Shown here: piece after piece, positions 1-8,450 of the stretch | Numbering within the stretch: the first letter of the stretch is position 1 | Layout of the letters: every line of letters begins with the position of its first letter | DNA from: Pseudomonadota bacterium | GTDB taxonomy: Bacteria; Bdellovibrionota; FAC87; UBA2466 | NCBI GenBank assembly: GCA_043767805.1 | Contig: JAYUGC010000144.1 | Span: 1 to 25,608 of the forward strand | DNA: 25,608 nucleotides | Reading direction: 5' to 3' | Position numbers and translations under genes: made by a program | Notes under the pieces: generated by a model | Database searches by the model: none | Seen by the model: only the letters and a program-made list of their open reading frames with translations | What the model was told of the DNA's origin: nothing

Positions 1-482
1 CCCAGGCCCACCGAGAAGACCAGGATGAGGAGCAGTCCCCACCAGAAAATGGGCATGGAGTATCCAATGAGGGAAGCGCCCATCACGGAGTAATCGAGAA
101 ACGTGTTTCGCTTCACGGCGGCCAGTAACCCCAGCGGAATGCCGACGAGTACCGCGAGGAGAAGGGCGAGAAGCCCGAGCTCCAGCGTCGCGGGGAAACG
201 TGATTTGAATTCCTCCCAGACGGGTTTTCTCGAGACAGTGGAAATACCCAGATCGCCTTTGAGCGCGCGGCCGACGTACTGAAAGTATTGCACTGGCAAG
301 GGACGATCGAGCCCGAGACTACGGCGCATTTCGGCCTGCACTTCGGGCGAGCCGCCGCGCTCACCCAGCATGAGCAGCACCGGATCTCCGGGTACGATGC
401 GGATCAGGAAGAAGGCCATTAGACTCACGCCGAGGAAAGTCGGTAGGAGTACTAGTAGCCTTCGGGTGAAGTATAAGATCAC
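1..482 (-). CDS. dppB: Dipeptide/oligopeptide ABC transporter permease DppB (5' part; runs off the window's left edge)
   Basis: Not in the ORF track. Manual translation from GTG at 482 (GGAG RBS upstream): MILYFTRRLLVLLPTFLGVSLMAFFLIRIVPGDPVLLMLGERGGSPEVQAEMRRSLGLDRPLPVQYFQYVGRALKGDLGIS...RFPATLEL...YSMPIFWWGLLLILVF. These are classic DppB/OppB motifs (PGDP, GLDxP, GDLG, FPATLEL). It lies 15 nt downstream of dppA. Confidence 0.95.
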   Translation of the reverse strand, partial: MILYFTRRLLVLLPTFLGVSLMAFFLIRIVPGDPVLLMLGERGGSPEVQAEMRRSLGLDRPLPVQYFQYVGRALKGDLGISTVSRKPVWEEFKSRFPATLELGLLALLLAVLVGIPLGLLAAVKRNTFLDYSVMGASLIGYSMPIFWWGLLLILVFSVGL

Positions 483-497
483 TTAGTCTCCCAATTC

Positions 498-2096
498 TCA
501 GGGCACGGCTTTCAGGTCGACTTCGTAGAAGTAGTCGGCGCCGAAGGGATCGATCTTGTACCCTTGCACGCCTTTCACCATCGCGCGGTAGACGACGGCG
601 TGCGCGAGGGTGACCCAAGGCGCTTCCTTCTTGAAGATGGCTTGCGCCTCTTCATAAAGCTTCGTGCGGCCGGGGCGTCCCGTGACCACGCGGGCTTTCT
701 GAACGAGATCGTCAAAGGGCTTGAAGCACCAGCGCGCGACGTTCGAGCCGCCGATGACCGAGGGGCAGCCGAGCAGCATATTCAGGAAATTATCCGGGTC
801 CCCGTTGTCGCCCGTCCACCCGAGCTGCGCCATGGAATGCTCGCCTTTTCTCGTCTTATCGAGATAGGTGGGCCAGTCGTAGGAGAGGAGCTTTACTTGA
901 ATGCCGACTTTGGCGAGATCGGCCTGCATCATCTCGCCCATCTTCTTCCCGTTTGGGTTGTAGGGGCGCGAGACCGGAAGTGTCCAAAGTTCCGTCGCAA
1001 AACCCTTCGCGAAGCCCGCTTTAGCGAGCAGTGCTTTGGCTTTATCAGGGCTGTAGTCATAGTCCTTAATCGATTTGTTGTAGGACCAAACCGTCGGCGG
1101 AAGCGGGTTCGTGGCCTGGACCGCGTTTCCGAGATAGATCGCCTCTAAGTAGCTCTTGCGATTGAGCGCGTGGTTCACCGCTTGGCGAACGAGAACGTTG
1201 TCGAAGGGCGCTTTGGAAGTATTCATCGCGAGGTAGCCGACGTTCATGCCGGGCTTCTCGATGACTTGAAGGCGCGTGTCTTTACGCATTGCCGAGAGAT
1301 CGGCCGGCGAAGGCTGGGCGACGAAATGGCACTCGCCCGTTTTCAGCTTCTGAAAGCGCACGCTCGCGTCGGGCGTGATGGCGAAGATGAGTGTCTCGAT
1401 GGCCGGCTTGCCGCGGTAATACTCCGCGTTCGCCTTGTAGCGGATGGCCTGGTCTTTATCGTAGCGAACGAAGGCGAAGGGACCCGTGCCCACCGGCTCG
1501 AAATCGATTTTCTCGATGGCGCCCTTAGCCTTGAGCGAGTCGGCATACTCCGCCGAGAGGATGCTCGCGAAATCCATCGCCAGGTTCGTCAAGAACGGCG
1601 CTTCCGCCCGACTGAGCTCGAAGCGCACCGTGAGGTCGTCCACTTTCACGATGTTCTTGATGATCTTATCCATCTCCATCGACGTGAAGTATTCGTAAGT
1701 GCCGCCGCCCACGTTGTGAAAGGGGTGGTCCTTCAGGCGAGGACGATTGAACGAGAAGAGCACGTCGTCGGCGTTCAAGGCCCGCGAGGGCTTGAAGGAA
1801 GCCGTGGTGTGGAACTTCACGCCCGCTCTCAAGTGAAAGGTGTAGGTGAGACCGTCTTTGGAAACGTCCCACTTTTCCGCGAGCCCCGGTATCAGCGTCG
1901 TTTCGCCGTACTTGAAGTCCGCGAGCTTGTCGTAGATGGCTTTCGTCGCGTTGAAGGTGGCGCCGTCGGACGCTATCTGCGGGTTGAAGGAGCTAGGGCT
2001 TCCCTCCGCGCAGTTCACGAACACTTTTGCCGCCATGGCGGCGTTGGGGATGAGGGTCATTAGGGCGGTCGCGAAAACTTTTTTCCACACGGGCAT
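498..2096 (-). CDS. dppA: Dipeptide ABC transporter substrate-binding protein (SBP family 5), 532 aa
   Basis: Signal peptide; CAEGSP, PGLAEKW, FNADDV-like LNADDVLFSF, PVGTGPF, RPYNPN, GWTGDNGDPDNF motifs typical of DppA; GGAGG RBS. Confidence 0.95.
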   Translation of the reverse strand: MPVWKKVFATALMTLIPNAAMAAKVFVNCAEGSPSSFNPQIASDGATFNATKAIYDKLADFKYGETTLIPGLAEKWDVSKDGLTYTFHLRAGVKFHTTASFKPSRALNADDVLFSFNRPRLKDHPFHNVGGGTYEYFTSMEMDKIIKNIVKVDDLTVRFELSRAEAPFLTNLAMDFASILSAEYADSLKAKGAIEKIDFEPVGTGPFAFVRYDKDQAIRYKANAEYYRGKPAIETLIFAITPDASVRFQKLKTGECHFVAQPSPADLSAMRKDTRLQVIEKPGMNVGYLAMNTSKAPFDNVLVRQAVNHALNRKSYLEAIYLGNAVQATNPLPPTVWSYNKSIKDYDYSPDKAKALLAKAGFAKGFATELWTLPVSRPYNPNGKKMGEMMQADLAKVGIQVKLLSYDWPTYLDKTRKGEHSMAQLGWTGDNGDPDNFLNMLLGCPSVIGGSNVARWCFKPFDDLVQKARVVTGRPGRTKLYEEAQAIFKKEAPWVTLAHAVVYRAMVKGVQGYKIDPFGADYFYEVDLKAVP

Positions 2097-2127
2097 TGCT
2101 GCCTCCTTCCACTCGAGCCCCCTTCAA

Positions 2128-2143
2128 AGCAACGTGCGTGCCG
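2128..2143 (-). promoter_or_regulatory. Putative sigma54 (-24/-12) promoter of dppA
   Basis: Minus strand reads CGGCACGCACGTTGCT, one mismatch from TGGCACG-N4-TTGCW with exact GG-N10-GC spacing. It lies about 30 nt upstream of the dppA ATG. Confidence 0.7.
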
Positions 2144-2520
2144 AACTCGGTGCGTCGTCTCGAGATAGGCTCCAAATAGGGCTTTCGGCGATCTCGCGGG
2201 AAAATAATTCGCGCTACGCCCTATAAAAAGAAGGCGCCCACCAGGGCCAAAAAGACTCCATGTCCCAGACAAATCCAGTGACCGGTACCGCGGTTCGGGT
2301 GTCCAGGCGCTAGACAGGGGCCCGGTCTAAGTCGTTATCCTGACAGGGGTATTGGGGCCTGCTTCCTTGGGGTGCATCCGTCAGGAATGCAACACTCAGG
2401 GCCGACGCTTTCCCTCGTAATATCAAGCGCTCTCAGATTGTCTACAAATCCGTGCCTTCGCTGATCGACGGCTAGACGGCCCCGGGCCCGTATTCTTTTC
2501 GTCTACGCTGCCTGGGGGAA

Positions 2521-2537
2521 CTGGCCGCTTCCGTGCA
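2521..2537 (+). promoter_or_regulatory. Possible sigma54 promoter of the 2551 ORF
   Basis: CTGGCCGCTTCCGTGCA has GG-N10-GC spacing with TGGC and TGCA cores. The predicted +1 (~2548) is just before ATG 2551, which has no RBS. Confidence 0.4.
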
Positions 2538-2550
2538 ATTTGATTCCTTC

Positions 2551-3642
2551 ATGCGCTTCTCCGCTTTACGGCTTCTTTGTCTTTGGCTTTGCCTGGCTTC
2601 GGTCAGTCGTCTCGCGTTCGCGGAGCACGAGTTACCCACCAATGCGCATCAAGAAGAAGAGGAAGGAGAGCCGGGACTTCGCACGCAGCCTAGCGCCCAG
2701 ACTCTGCGGGATATTCGGGACACGATTTCTCGTACCGATCCGCGCACGCTGGAAGCTTTGAAGGAAACCTTGGCGGACATCGCTCAGGGAAAAACCGTCT
2801 CCGGTCCCATGGGCCAAGTCGCGCTGGATTTCCTCGAGCAGATTCCCGCTGCGGATATCGCGGTGCCACCGCCGCAACCGGGGTCCGAACCGGAAGCGAC
2901 CAAAGGATCGACCTTGCCGCCCATCAACGCGAATGGAGGAGCGGCGAATCAAGCCACTCCGGCTGGCACGCCTTCCACCACGGTCCGGATCGAAGCGTCC
3001 GTTCCTCAATTGGGCGGCGAAGGCCAAAACAGTATTTTGCGAGTGGCCGAATCGGCGGGCCCCGGCGGCGCGGTCTTTAGAGCTTTTCCTTATAGTAGCG
3101 CGACCGGGGACGAGGCGGGCCAAGAAGAAGCTTCACCCGAGGCGGCGCGCGAGCGCAGAAAAGCTCGCGCCGTCTCCGAGGCCGGCATCGGCGGTTCGGA
3201 ACTTCCGTCGGGACAGGGAGGCGTGGCTTCCAATGACTCGCCCACGATTCGCGCCGGCAAATCTTTCAAAGGCGCCATCCCGGAGAGCAAGCAACGGCTT
3301 GCCGGTACGGTGACTTCTTTGCTCGAGCAATTTCAGCGGCGCGCGCCGGCAAGCGTGGGCCAGCGCCTCGCGGACGCCAGACCCGGTGTCTTCGAGCGTT
3401 TGGCGATGAGCGGTGGATTTACCGTCGAGCGCGCGCTCGCAAAGGCCGCGATCTCACCCGCGTACCGTAAATTTCAGTCGGCGACTCTCGAGGCGGGAAT
3501 GACGCCGTCTGAATCGCTCGGCGCTTACTACGCGGTTCTCGCGCTCGCGTGGCTCGGCACCATCGGCTTTCTCCTCTACTGTTTGAAGTTCACGCCACTC
3601 GGTCCGCGGCTGCGCTCCTTCGTCGCGCGCTCTCGTCGATAA
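2551..3642 (+). CDS. Hypothetical exported protein with low-complexity linker and C-terminal TM anchor, ~363 aa
   Basis: Signal peptide MRFSALRLLCLWLCLASVSRLAFA; P/A/G/E/S-rich middle; C-terminal hydrophobic helix YYAVLALAWLGTIGFLLYCL followed by a basic tail. An alternative GTG start exists at 2533. Confidence 0.7.
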   Translation: MRFSALRLLCLWLCLASVSRLAFAEHELPTNAHQEEEEGEPGLRTQPSAQTLRDIRDTISRTDPRTLEALKETLADIAQGKTVSGPMGQVALDFLEQIPAADIAVPPPQPGSEPEATKGSTLPPINANGGAANQATPAGTPSTTVRIEASVPQLGGEGQNSILRVAESAGPGGAVFRAFPYSSATGDEAGQEEASPEAARERRKARAVSEAGIGGSELPSGQGGVASNDSPTIRAGKSFKGAIPESKQRLAGTVTSLLEQFQRRAPASVGQRLADARPGVFERLAMSGGFTVERALAKAAISPAYRKFQSATLEAGMTPSESLGAYYAVLALAWLGTIGFLLYCLKFTPLGPRLRSFVARSRR

Positions 3643-3694
3643 AGCACCGCGTCGTCACGAGCTCTGCCTTTCTCCCGATTTAAGTTTTTTTTCA

Positions 3695-3723
3695 CTTACA
3701 ACCTCGCGCTCGCCACTTACTAT
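3695..3723 (+). promoter_or_regulatory. Possible sigma70 promoter of the S8 peptidase
   Basis: CTTACA-N17-TACTAT preceded by a T-tract (possible UP element), ~50 nt upstream of ATG 3772. Confidence 0.35.
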
Positions 3724-3771
3724 CTGCCCGCTACTACAACGCGCCGCGAGCGCATCTTGGAGGTTGGAAGC

Positions 3772-5088
3772 ATGAGGAAGATAATCGCGATGGTTTTACT
3801 GTCGCTTACGTTCATGGCGCAAGCCCATGACGCTGTTCCGAATGAGTACTTGGTTCGTTTCAAAGACGTTCCCAGTGGCCGCGCTTTTCTCGCCGATAAG
3901 GCGAGCCGGGCGCACGGACAGTACCGCATCTTGAAGGCGGCGGTTTATCCGTTCGCTCATTTGAAAATCACCAACGTGGGCAATGCCCGGCAGATTCTGA
4001 AAGAAATCGTCGGCAATCCGAACGTCGCGTACGTAGAGCCCAATTATATTTTCACCATCCCCGCGGGCATCTCGACGAGCGATCGTGCGTTGAATGCGCG
4101 CATGGGTCAGCCGCAGGATGAGCGCTTCAAAGAACTGTGGGGCATGCGTAACCTCGGTGACAACGGCGGCGTCGCCGGCGTCGACATCAACGCGGTGAAA
4201 GCGTGGAACATCACCCGCGGCAACAAGAAGGTCATCATCGCGGTCATCGATACGGGTATCGACTACACGAACCCGGAGCTCGCGCCCCAGATGTGGAAGA
4301 ACCCGAAAGAAATTCCGGGCAACGGCAAAGATGACGACGGCAACGGCTTCATCGACGACGTGTACGGATACGACTTCGCCAATCACGACGCCGATCCCAT
4401 GGACGATCACATGCACGGCACGCATTGCTCGGGCACCATCGCCGCGGTCCACGATAAAGTGGGCGTCGCGGGCGTGATGAACGAAGTGCAGCTCATGGCG
4501 GTGAAGTTCCTCTCCGGCAGCGGCGGCGGCACTCTCGAAGCGGCGGTCGAAGCGATTGGCTACGCGACCCGCATGGGCGCGCACGTCATGTCGAACTCCT
4601 GGGGCGGCGGTCCTTTCACGCAGGCGCTCTATGAGTCCATCAAAGCGGCGACCGAGCATGGCTCGGTTTTCGTCGCGGCGGCCGGCAACAACGGCGCCGA
4701 CGTCGACAAGACTCCGTTCTATCCCGCGAGCTACGGCACGAAGATCCCGGGCGTCATCTCGGTGGCGGCCATCGACCGGGCGGGTAAGCCCGCGAGCTTC
4801 ACGAACCGGGGCAAGACGTCGGTACACGTCTCCGCGCCTGGTGTGAACATACTGTCGACGGTTCTTGGCAAGAAGTACGCGTTCCTCTCTGGTACCTCTA
4901 TGGCGACTCCGCACGTTTCGGGCGTGGTCGGCTTGGTTCTCAGCAAGGAAGGCACGCGCGCGATCCCGGCGATGAGAGATCGGCTCATCAAGACGTCGAA
5001 AGCGCACCGTGATGTCGAAAACATCTCGGTCTCGGGCGGATTCGTGGACGCGGAAGCCGCGCTCACGGGTAAGCGCACCGGCCGCTAG
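3772..5088 (+). CDS. Secreted S8 family (subtilisin-like) serine peptidase, ~438 aa
   Basis: Signal peptide and propeptide; catalytic triad motifs IDTG (Asp), HGTHCSG (His), GTSMATP (Ser); oxyanion AAAGN; DDDGNGFIDD Ca-binding insert; GGAGG RBS upstream of ATG 3772. Confidence 0.95.
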   Translation: MRKIIAMVLLSLTFMAQAHDAVPNEYLVRFKDVPSGRAFLADKASRAHGQYRILKAAVYPFAHLKITNVGNARQILKEIVGNPNVAYVEPNYIFTIPAGISTSDRALNARMGQPQDERFKELWGMRNLGDNGGVAGVDINAVKAWNITRGNKKVIIAVIDTGIDYTNPELAPQMWKNPKEIPGNGKDDDGNGFIDDVYGYDFANHDADPMDDHMHGTHCSGTIAAVHDKVGVAGVMNEVQLMAVKFLSGSGGGTLEAAVEAIGYATRMGAHVMSNSWGGGPFTQALYESIKAATEHGSVFVAAAGNNGADVDKTPFYPASYGTKIPGVISVAAIDRAGKPASFTNRGKTSVHVSAPGVNILSTVLGKKYAFLSGTSMATPHVSGVVGLVLSKEGTRAIPAMRDRLIKTSKAHRDVENISVSGGFVDAEAALTGKRTGR

Positions 5089-5107
5089 TTCCTTAAAGTT
5101 CAAAAGC

Positions 5108-5143
5108 AAAAGGGCGGGTTCCCGAGAGGGGCCCCGCCCTTTT
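5108..5143. terminator. Bidirectional intrinsic terminator between convergent S8 and ALDH genes
   Basis: AAAAGGGCGGG-TTCCC-GAGA-GGGGC-CCCGCCCTTTT: GC-rich stem, GNRA loop, A/T tracts on both sides. Confidence 0.85.
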
Positions 5144-5155
5144 CAATTTCCATGG

Positions 5156-5262
5156 CTAAAAGGTGTGTGGATACTTTTAGCCAGCTGTTCGATTTTAGAA
5201 AATCAAACCGCCCTGGAGAGCGTGCTTCCGCGCCTCGCTAAAAGTATCCACACACCTTTTAG
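5156..5262. repeat. 107-bp element with perfect 26-bp terminal inverted repeats (REP doublet/REPIN- or MITE-like)
   Basis: CTAAAAGGTGTGTGGATACTTTTAGC (5156-5181) is the exact reverse complement of 5237-5262, with a 55-bp spacer. Each arm is itself a palindrome (CTAAAAG-N11-CTTTTAG). Confidence 0.85.
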
Positions 5263-5271
5263 GCTCACCTT

Positions 5272-6711
5272 TTAGGGCTTGGGCGGAGTGCGGATCGCGA
5301 GCAATCGGATTTCCGTCATGTCTTCCATCGCAAAGCGTACGCCTTCGCGACCAAGCCCGCTGTCCTTCACGCCGCCGTAGGGCATGTTGTCGACGCGCCA
5401 GGAGGGCACGTCGCCGATGATGACTCCGCCCACTTCGAGCTCGTCCCACGCCCGCATCGCTTTATTGATGTCGCGGGTGAATAGACCGGCTTGCAGGCCG
5501 AACTCGCTGTCGTTGATTTCGACTAATGCTTTATCGAAGTCCTTAAACAGCGTGAGAATGGCGACCGGACCGAACGCTTCTTGCGTGCAAACGTCCTGGG
5601 CCTTGGCGACGTTCTCGAGCACCGTCGGCTCCAGCATCGCGCCCGTGCGCTTTCCTCCGGTGAGAAGGGTCGCGCCGCTCTTGACCGCCGCTTGAATCCA
5701 GCCGTCCAGACGCTTCGCCTCACTCTCGGAAATCATGGGACCGATGAAGGTCGTTTCGTCTTTCGGATTGCCGCATTTCAATTTTTGGGTCGCGGCGACG
5801 AACTTCGTGCGGAAGGTGTCGTAAATCTTCTCGTGAACCAAAATGCGCTGCACGCTGATGCAGCTCTGACCCGACTGATAGAACGCGCCGAAGATGATTC
5901 TCTCGACCGCGTCTTCCAGATCCGCGTCTTCATCGACGAGACAAGCGGCGTTGCCGCCGAGCTCCAAGATGACCTTTTTCTTGCCGGCTTTGGCTTTCAG
6001 ATCCCAGCCGACGGCGGGAGAGCCGGTGAAGCTCAGGAGTTTCAGGCGAGGATCTTCGGTGAAGAGATCGGCGCCGTCGCGGTGACAGGGAAGAATCGAG
6101 AACGCGCCTTCCGGAAGCTCCGTCTCGGCGAGGACTTCGCCGATGATCAAAGCGCCGAGTGGCGTGCGGCTCGCCGGCTTCAAGACGAAAGGACAGCCCG
6201 CGGCGATGGCGGGAGCGACCTTGTGTGCGGCGAGGTTCAAGGGAAAATTGAAAGGGGAAATGAACGAGCAGGGCCCGATGGGCACTCGCTTCCACATCCC
6301 GAACATGCCCTTCGTACGAGGAGTGACGTCCAGCGGAATGACCTCGCCGTAGAGGCGGGTCGCTTCCTCGGCGGCGATACGGAAAGTGTCGATGAGACGC
6401 GTGACCTCTCCGCGGCTATCCTTGATGGGCTTTCCCGCTTCCACGCAAAGGAGGCCCGCCATTTCCTCGGCCCGCTCTTCGAAACGGCGCACGCAGTGCG
6501 TGAGCACCTTGGCTCTCGCGTAGGATGGCATCTTCGCCATGGGACCGGCCGCTTCCACCGCTTTGGCGATGGCCCGGTCGATGGTTTTCGCGTCCGCCAT
6601 GGCGACTCGGGTGGCGACTTCGCCCGTGAACTTATCGGTCACTTCGAGGTCGCGGTTCGGCTGCTCGGGACGGTTAGCGACATAAAACGGGTACTCTGGC
6701 CGGATTTTCAT
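5272..6711 (-). CDS. Aldehyde dehydrogenase, ALDH21-like, probably NADP+-dependent (candidate succinate-semialdehyde dehydrogenase), 479 aa
   Basis: PFNFP, KPASRTP (Ser instead of the NAD-selecting Glu), FTGS, ELGGN (general base), GQSCIS (catalytic Cys), EAFGPV, PYGGVKDSGLGREG. Confidence 0.9.
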   Translation of the reverse strand: MKIRPEYPFYVANRPEQPNRDLEVTDKFTGEVATRVAMADAKTIDRAIAKAVEAAGPMAKMPSYARAKVLTHCVRRFEERAEEMAGLLCVEAGKPIKDSRGEVTRLIDTFRIAAEEATRLYGEVIPLDVTPRTKGMFGMWKRVPIGPCSFISPFNFPLNLAAHKVAPAIAAGCPFVLKPASRTPLGALIIGEVLAETELPEGAFSILPCHRDGADLFTEDPRLKLLSFTGSPAVGWDLKAKAGKKKVILELGGNAACLVDEDADLEDAVERIIFGAFYQSGQSCISVQRILVHEKIYDTFRTKFVAATQKLKCGNPKDETTFIGPMISESEAKRLDGWIQAAVKSGATLLTGGKRTGAMLEPTVLENVAKAQDVCTQEAFGPVAILTLFKDFDKALVEINDSEFGLQAGLFTRDINKAMRAWDELEVGGVIIGDVPSWRVDNMPYGGVKDSGLGREGVRFAMEDMTEIRLLAIRTPPKP

Positions 6712-6739
6712 GATTTGAGCTTCCTTTTAGGCAAATCTC

Positions 6740-8386
6740 TTACAACGGACACGCGATATTTCCTAGGCGCTTGGTTAAAAGGGCGTTCTCCCGGTAATCG
6801 ATGGGGATGGTGATGAGCACCGGCCGGTCCAAAGTGAAGGCCTTTTGCAAAGCAGGCTTCAAATCCTTGGAATCATTCACCCGCATTCCCCCCCAGCCAA
6901 AGCTTTCCGCAAGCTTCAGCCAATCGGGATTCCCGAAGGTGAGGGGAGTGTGCTTACCAAATTCATTGTTCTGCTTCCACTCGATGAGGCCGTAGGCCTT
7001 ATCTTCCCACAGGAGGACCACGAACTTCGCGCCTATCCGTTTGGCGGTCTCCATTTCCTGCACGTTCATGAGAAAGCCGCCGTCTCCCGTGATGGCGAGC
7101 ACTTTGCGGTCGGGGTGGACGATGGTTGCCGCAATCGCCCCGGGTAAGGCGAATCCCATGGAGCAAAACCCGTTGGAAATGAGGCAAGTATTGGGCTCGT
7201 CGCACTGGTAGTAGCGGGCAGTCCACATCTTATGGGCGCCGACGTCGCTCAAGAGGATGTCGTTCGGCCCCAAAACCTCGCGAGCATCCCAGAGCGCTTT
7301 TTGGGGGCGAATGGACCCTTTGGTGTCGTCGTCCTTATGGATGGCGAACTCCGCGAGCATTTCCCGGCGAACGCCTTTCTGGGGCCCAAGCTCGAAACTC
7401 TTGCGTACGTCGCCAATCTTCTCGTTTAGCATCCAAAAGGCATGAGCGATGTCGCCCACGATCTCGACCTCGGGCAAATAGTGCTCGTCGACTTCCGCCG
7501 GAAGAAAGTCGATGTGGATGAGCTTCTTATCGCCCGTCGGGTTCCAAAGGCGGGGCTGATACTCGACTAAGTCGTAGCCGATGCAGATGACCAAGTCCGA
7601 AGCTTCGAGCGCGCAAAGGCCGATGTCTTTCGCTTGGAGACCCACCGTAAAGAGGCATTCTTCCGACGAACGGGGCACGGCTCCTTTGCCCATGAAAGTC
7701 GAGAGCACGCCGATGCCGGTTTTTTCCGTGAACGCTCTGAGCTGTGCGCTAGCGCGCTTTCGGATGGCGCCGTTACCGGCGAGGACGATCGGACGTTTCG
7801 CTTTCTCGATGAGAGAAAGCGCGCGGCCGATGATTTTATCGTCGGGAACGCTTCGTCGCACCGGCATGACCGGCAAGGGTTGCTTGACGGTGGGGAGTTT
7901 CGCAATATCTTCCGGCAACTCGATGTGACACGCCCCTGGTTTTTCCGCCGTGGCGAGCTTGAAGGCCTTGCGGATCACTTCCGGCATATTGTCCGGATGG
8001 GTGAGGGTAGCCGCCCATTTGGTGAGAGGGCGGAACATGGAGACTACGTCCATGACCTGGTGGCTTTCCTTGTGCTGTCTTTGGAGGGCGGCCTGCGCGG
8101 TAATGAGCACGAGAGGCGCGCGGTCCATGTTCGCGTCGGCGACACCGGTCACGAGGTTGGTGGCGCCGGGACCGAGGGTGGAAAGACAAACGCCGGCGTT
8201 GCCGGTCAGTCGCCCGTACACGTCCGCCATGAAGGCCGCGCCTTGCTCGTGGCGGGTGAGAACGAACTTGATGGACGAATCCTGGAGCGCCATCATGAGA
8301 TGCGCGTTCTCTTCTCCGGGCACACCGAAGACGACTTCCACTTTTTCATTCTCGAGACAACGGACGAAAAGCTCTGCTGCTTCCAC
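6740..8386 (-). CDS. ThDP-dependent enzyme of the stand-alone 'acetolactate synthase large subunit' family (candidate 2-oxoglutarate decarboxylase), ~548 aa
   Basis: FGVPGEEN, RHEQGAAFMA (catalytic Glu), TLGPGATN, HKESHQ, SNGFCSMG, and the ThDP motif GDGG...EDKAYG. GTG start at 8386 with an AGGAGG RBS. No small subunit or ilvC adjacent. Confidence 0.9.
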   Translation of the reverse strand: MEAAELFVRCLENEKVEVVFGVPGEENAHLMMALQDSSIKFVLTRHEQGAAFMADVYGRLTGNAGVCLSTLGPGATNLVTGVADANMDRAPLVLITAQAALQRQHKESHQVMDVVSMFRPLTKWAATLTHPDNMPEVIRKAFKLATAEKPGACHIELPEDIAKLPTVKQPLPVMPVRRSVPDDKIIGRALSLIEKAKRPIVLAGNGAIRKRASAQLRAFTEKTGIGVLSTFMGKGAVPRSSEECLFTVGLQAKDIGLCALEASDLVICIGYDLVEYQPRLWNPTGDKKLIHIDFLPAEVDEHYLPEVEIVGDIAHAFWMLNEKIGDVRKSFELGPQKGVRREMLAEFAIHKDDDTKGSIRPQKALWDAREVLGPNDILLSDVGAHKMWTARYYQCDEPNTCLISNGFCSMGFALPGAIAATIVHPDRKVLAITGDGGFLMNVQEMETAKRIGAKFVVLLWEDKAYGLIEWKQNNEFGKHTPLTFGNPDWLKLAESFGWGGMRVNDSKDLKPALQKAFTLDRPVLITIPIDYRENALLTKRLGNIACPL

Positions 8387-8413
8387 GGGTAGGGCCTCCT
8401 TCAAATTGGCCCG

Positions 8414-8442
8414 ATTCTACTTTCCGCGGAGACAAACGGGAA
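8414..8442 (-). promoter_or_regulatory. Possible sigma70 promoter for the ThDP enzyme-ALDH pair
   Basis: Minus strand TTCCCG-N17-TAGAAT ending ~28 nt upstream of the GTG at 8386. Confidence 0.45.
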
Positions 8443-8450
8443 CCTAATCC

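Noticed and set aside
5156..5262. CRISPR mini-array
   Set aside because: Only two copies, in inverted rather than direct orientation, and no cas genes.
6740..8386. ilvB/ilvI gene symbol
   Set aside because: PGEEN-type family with no regulatory subunit or ilvC, paired with an ALDH.
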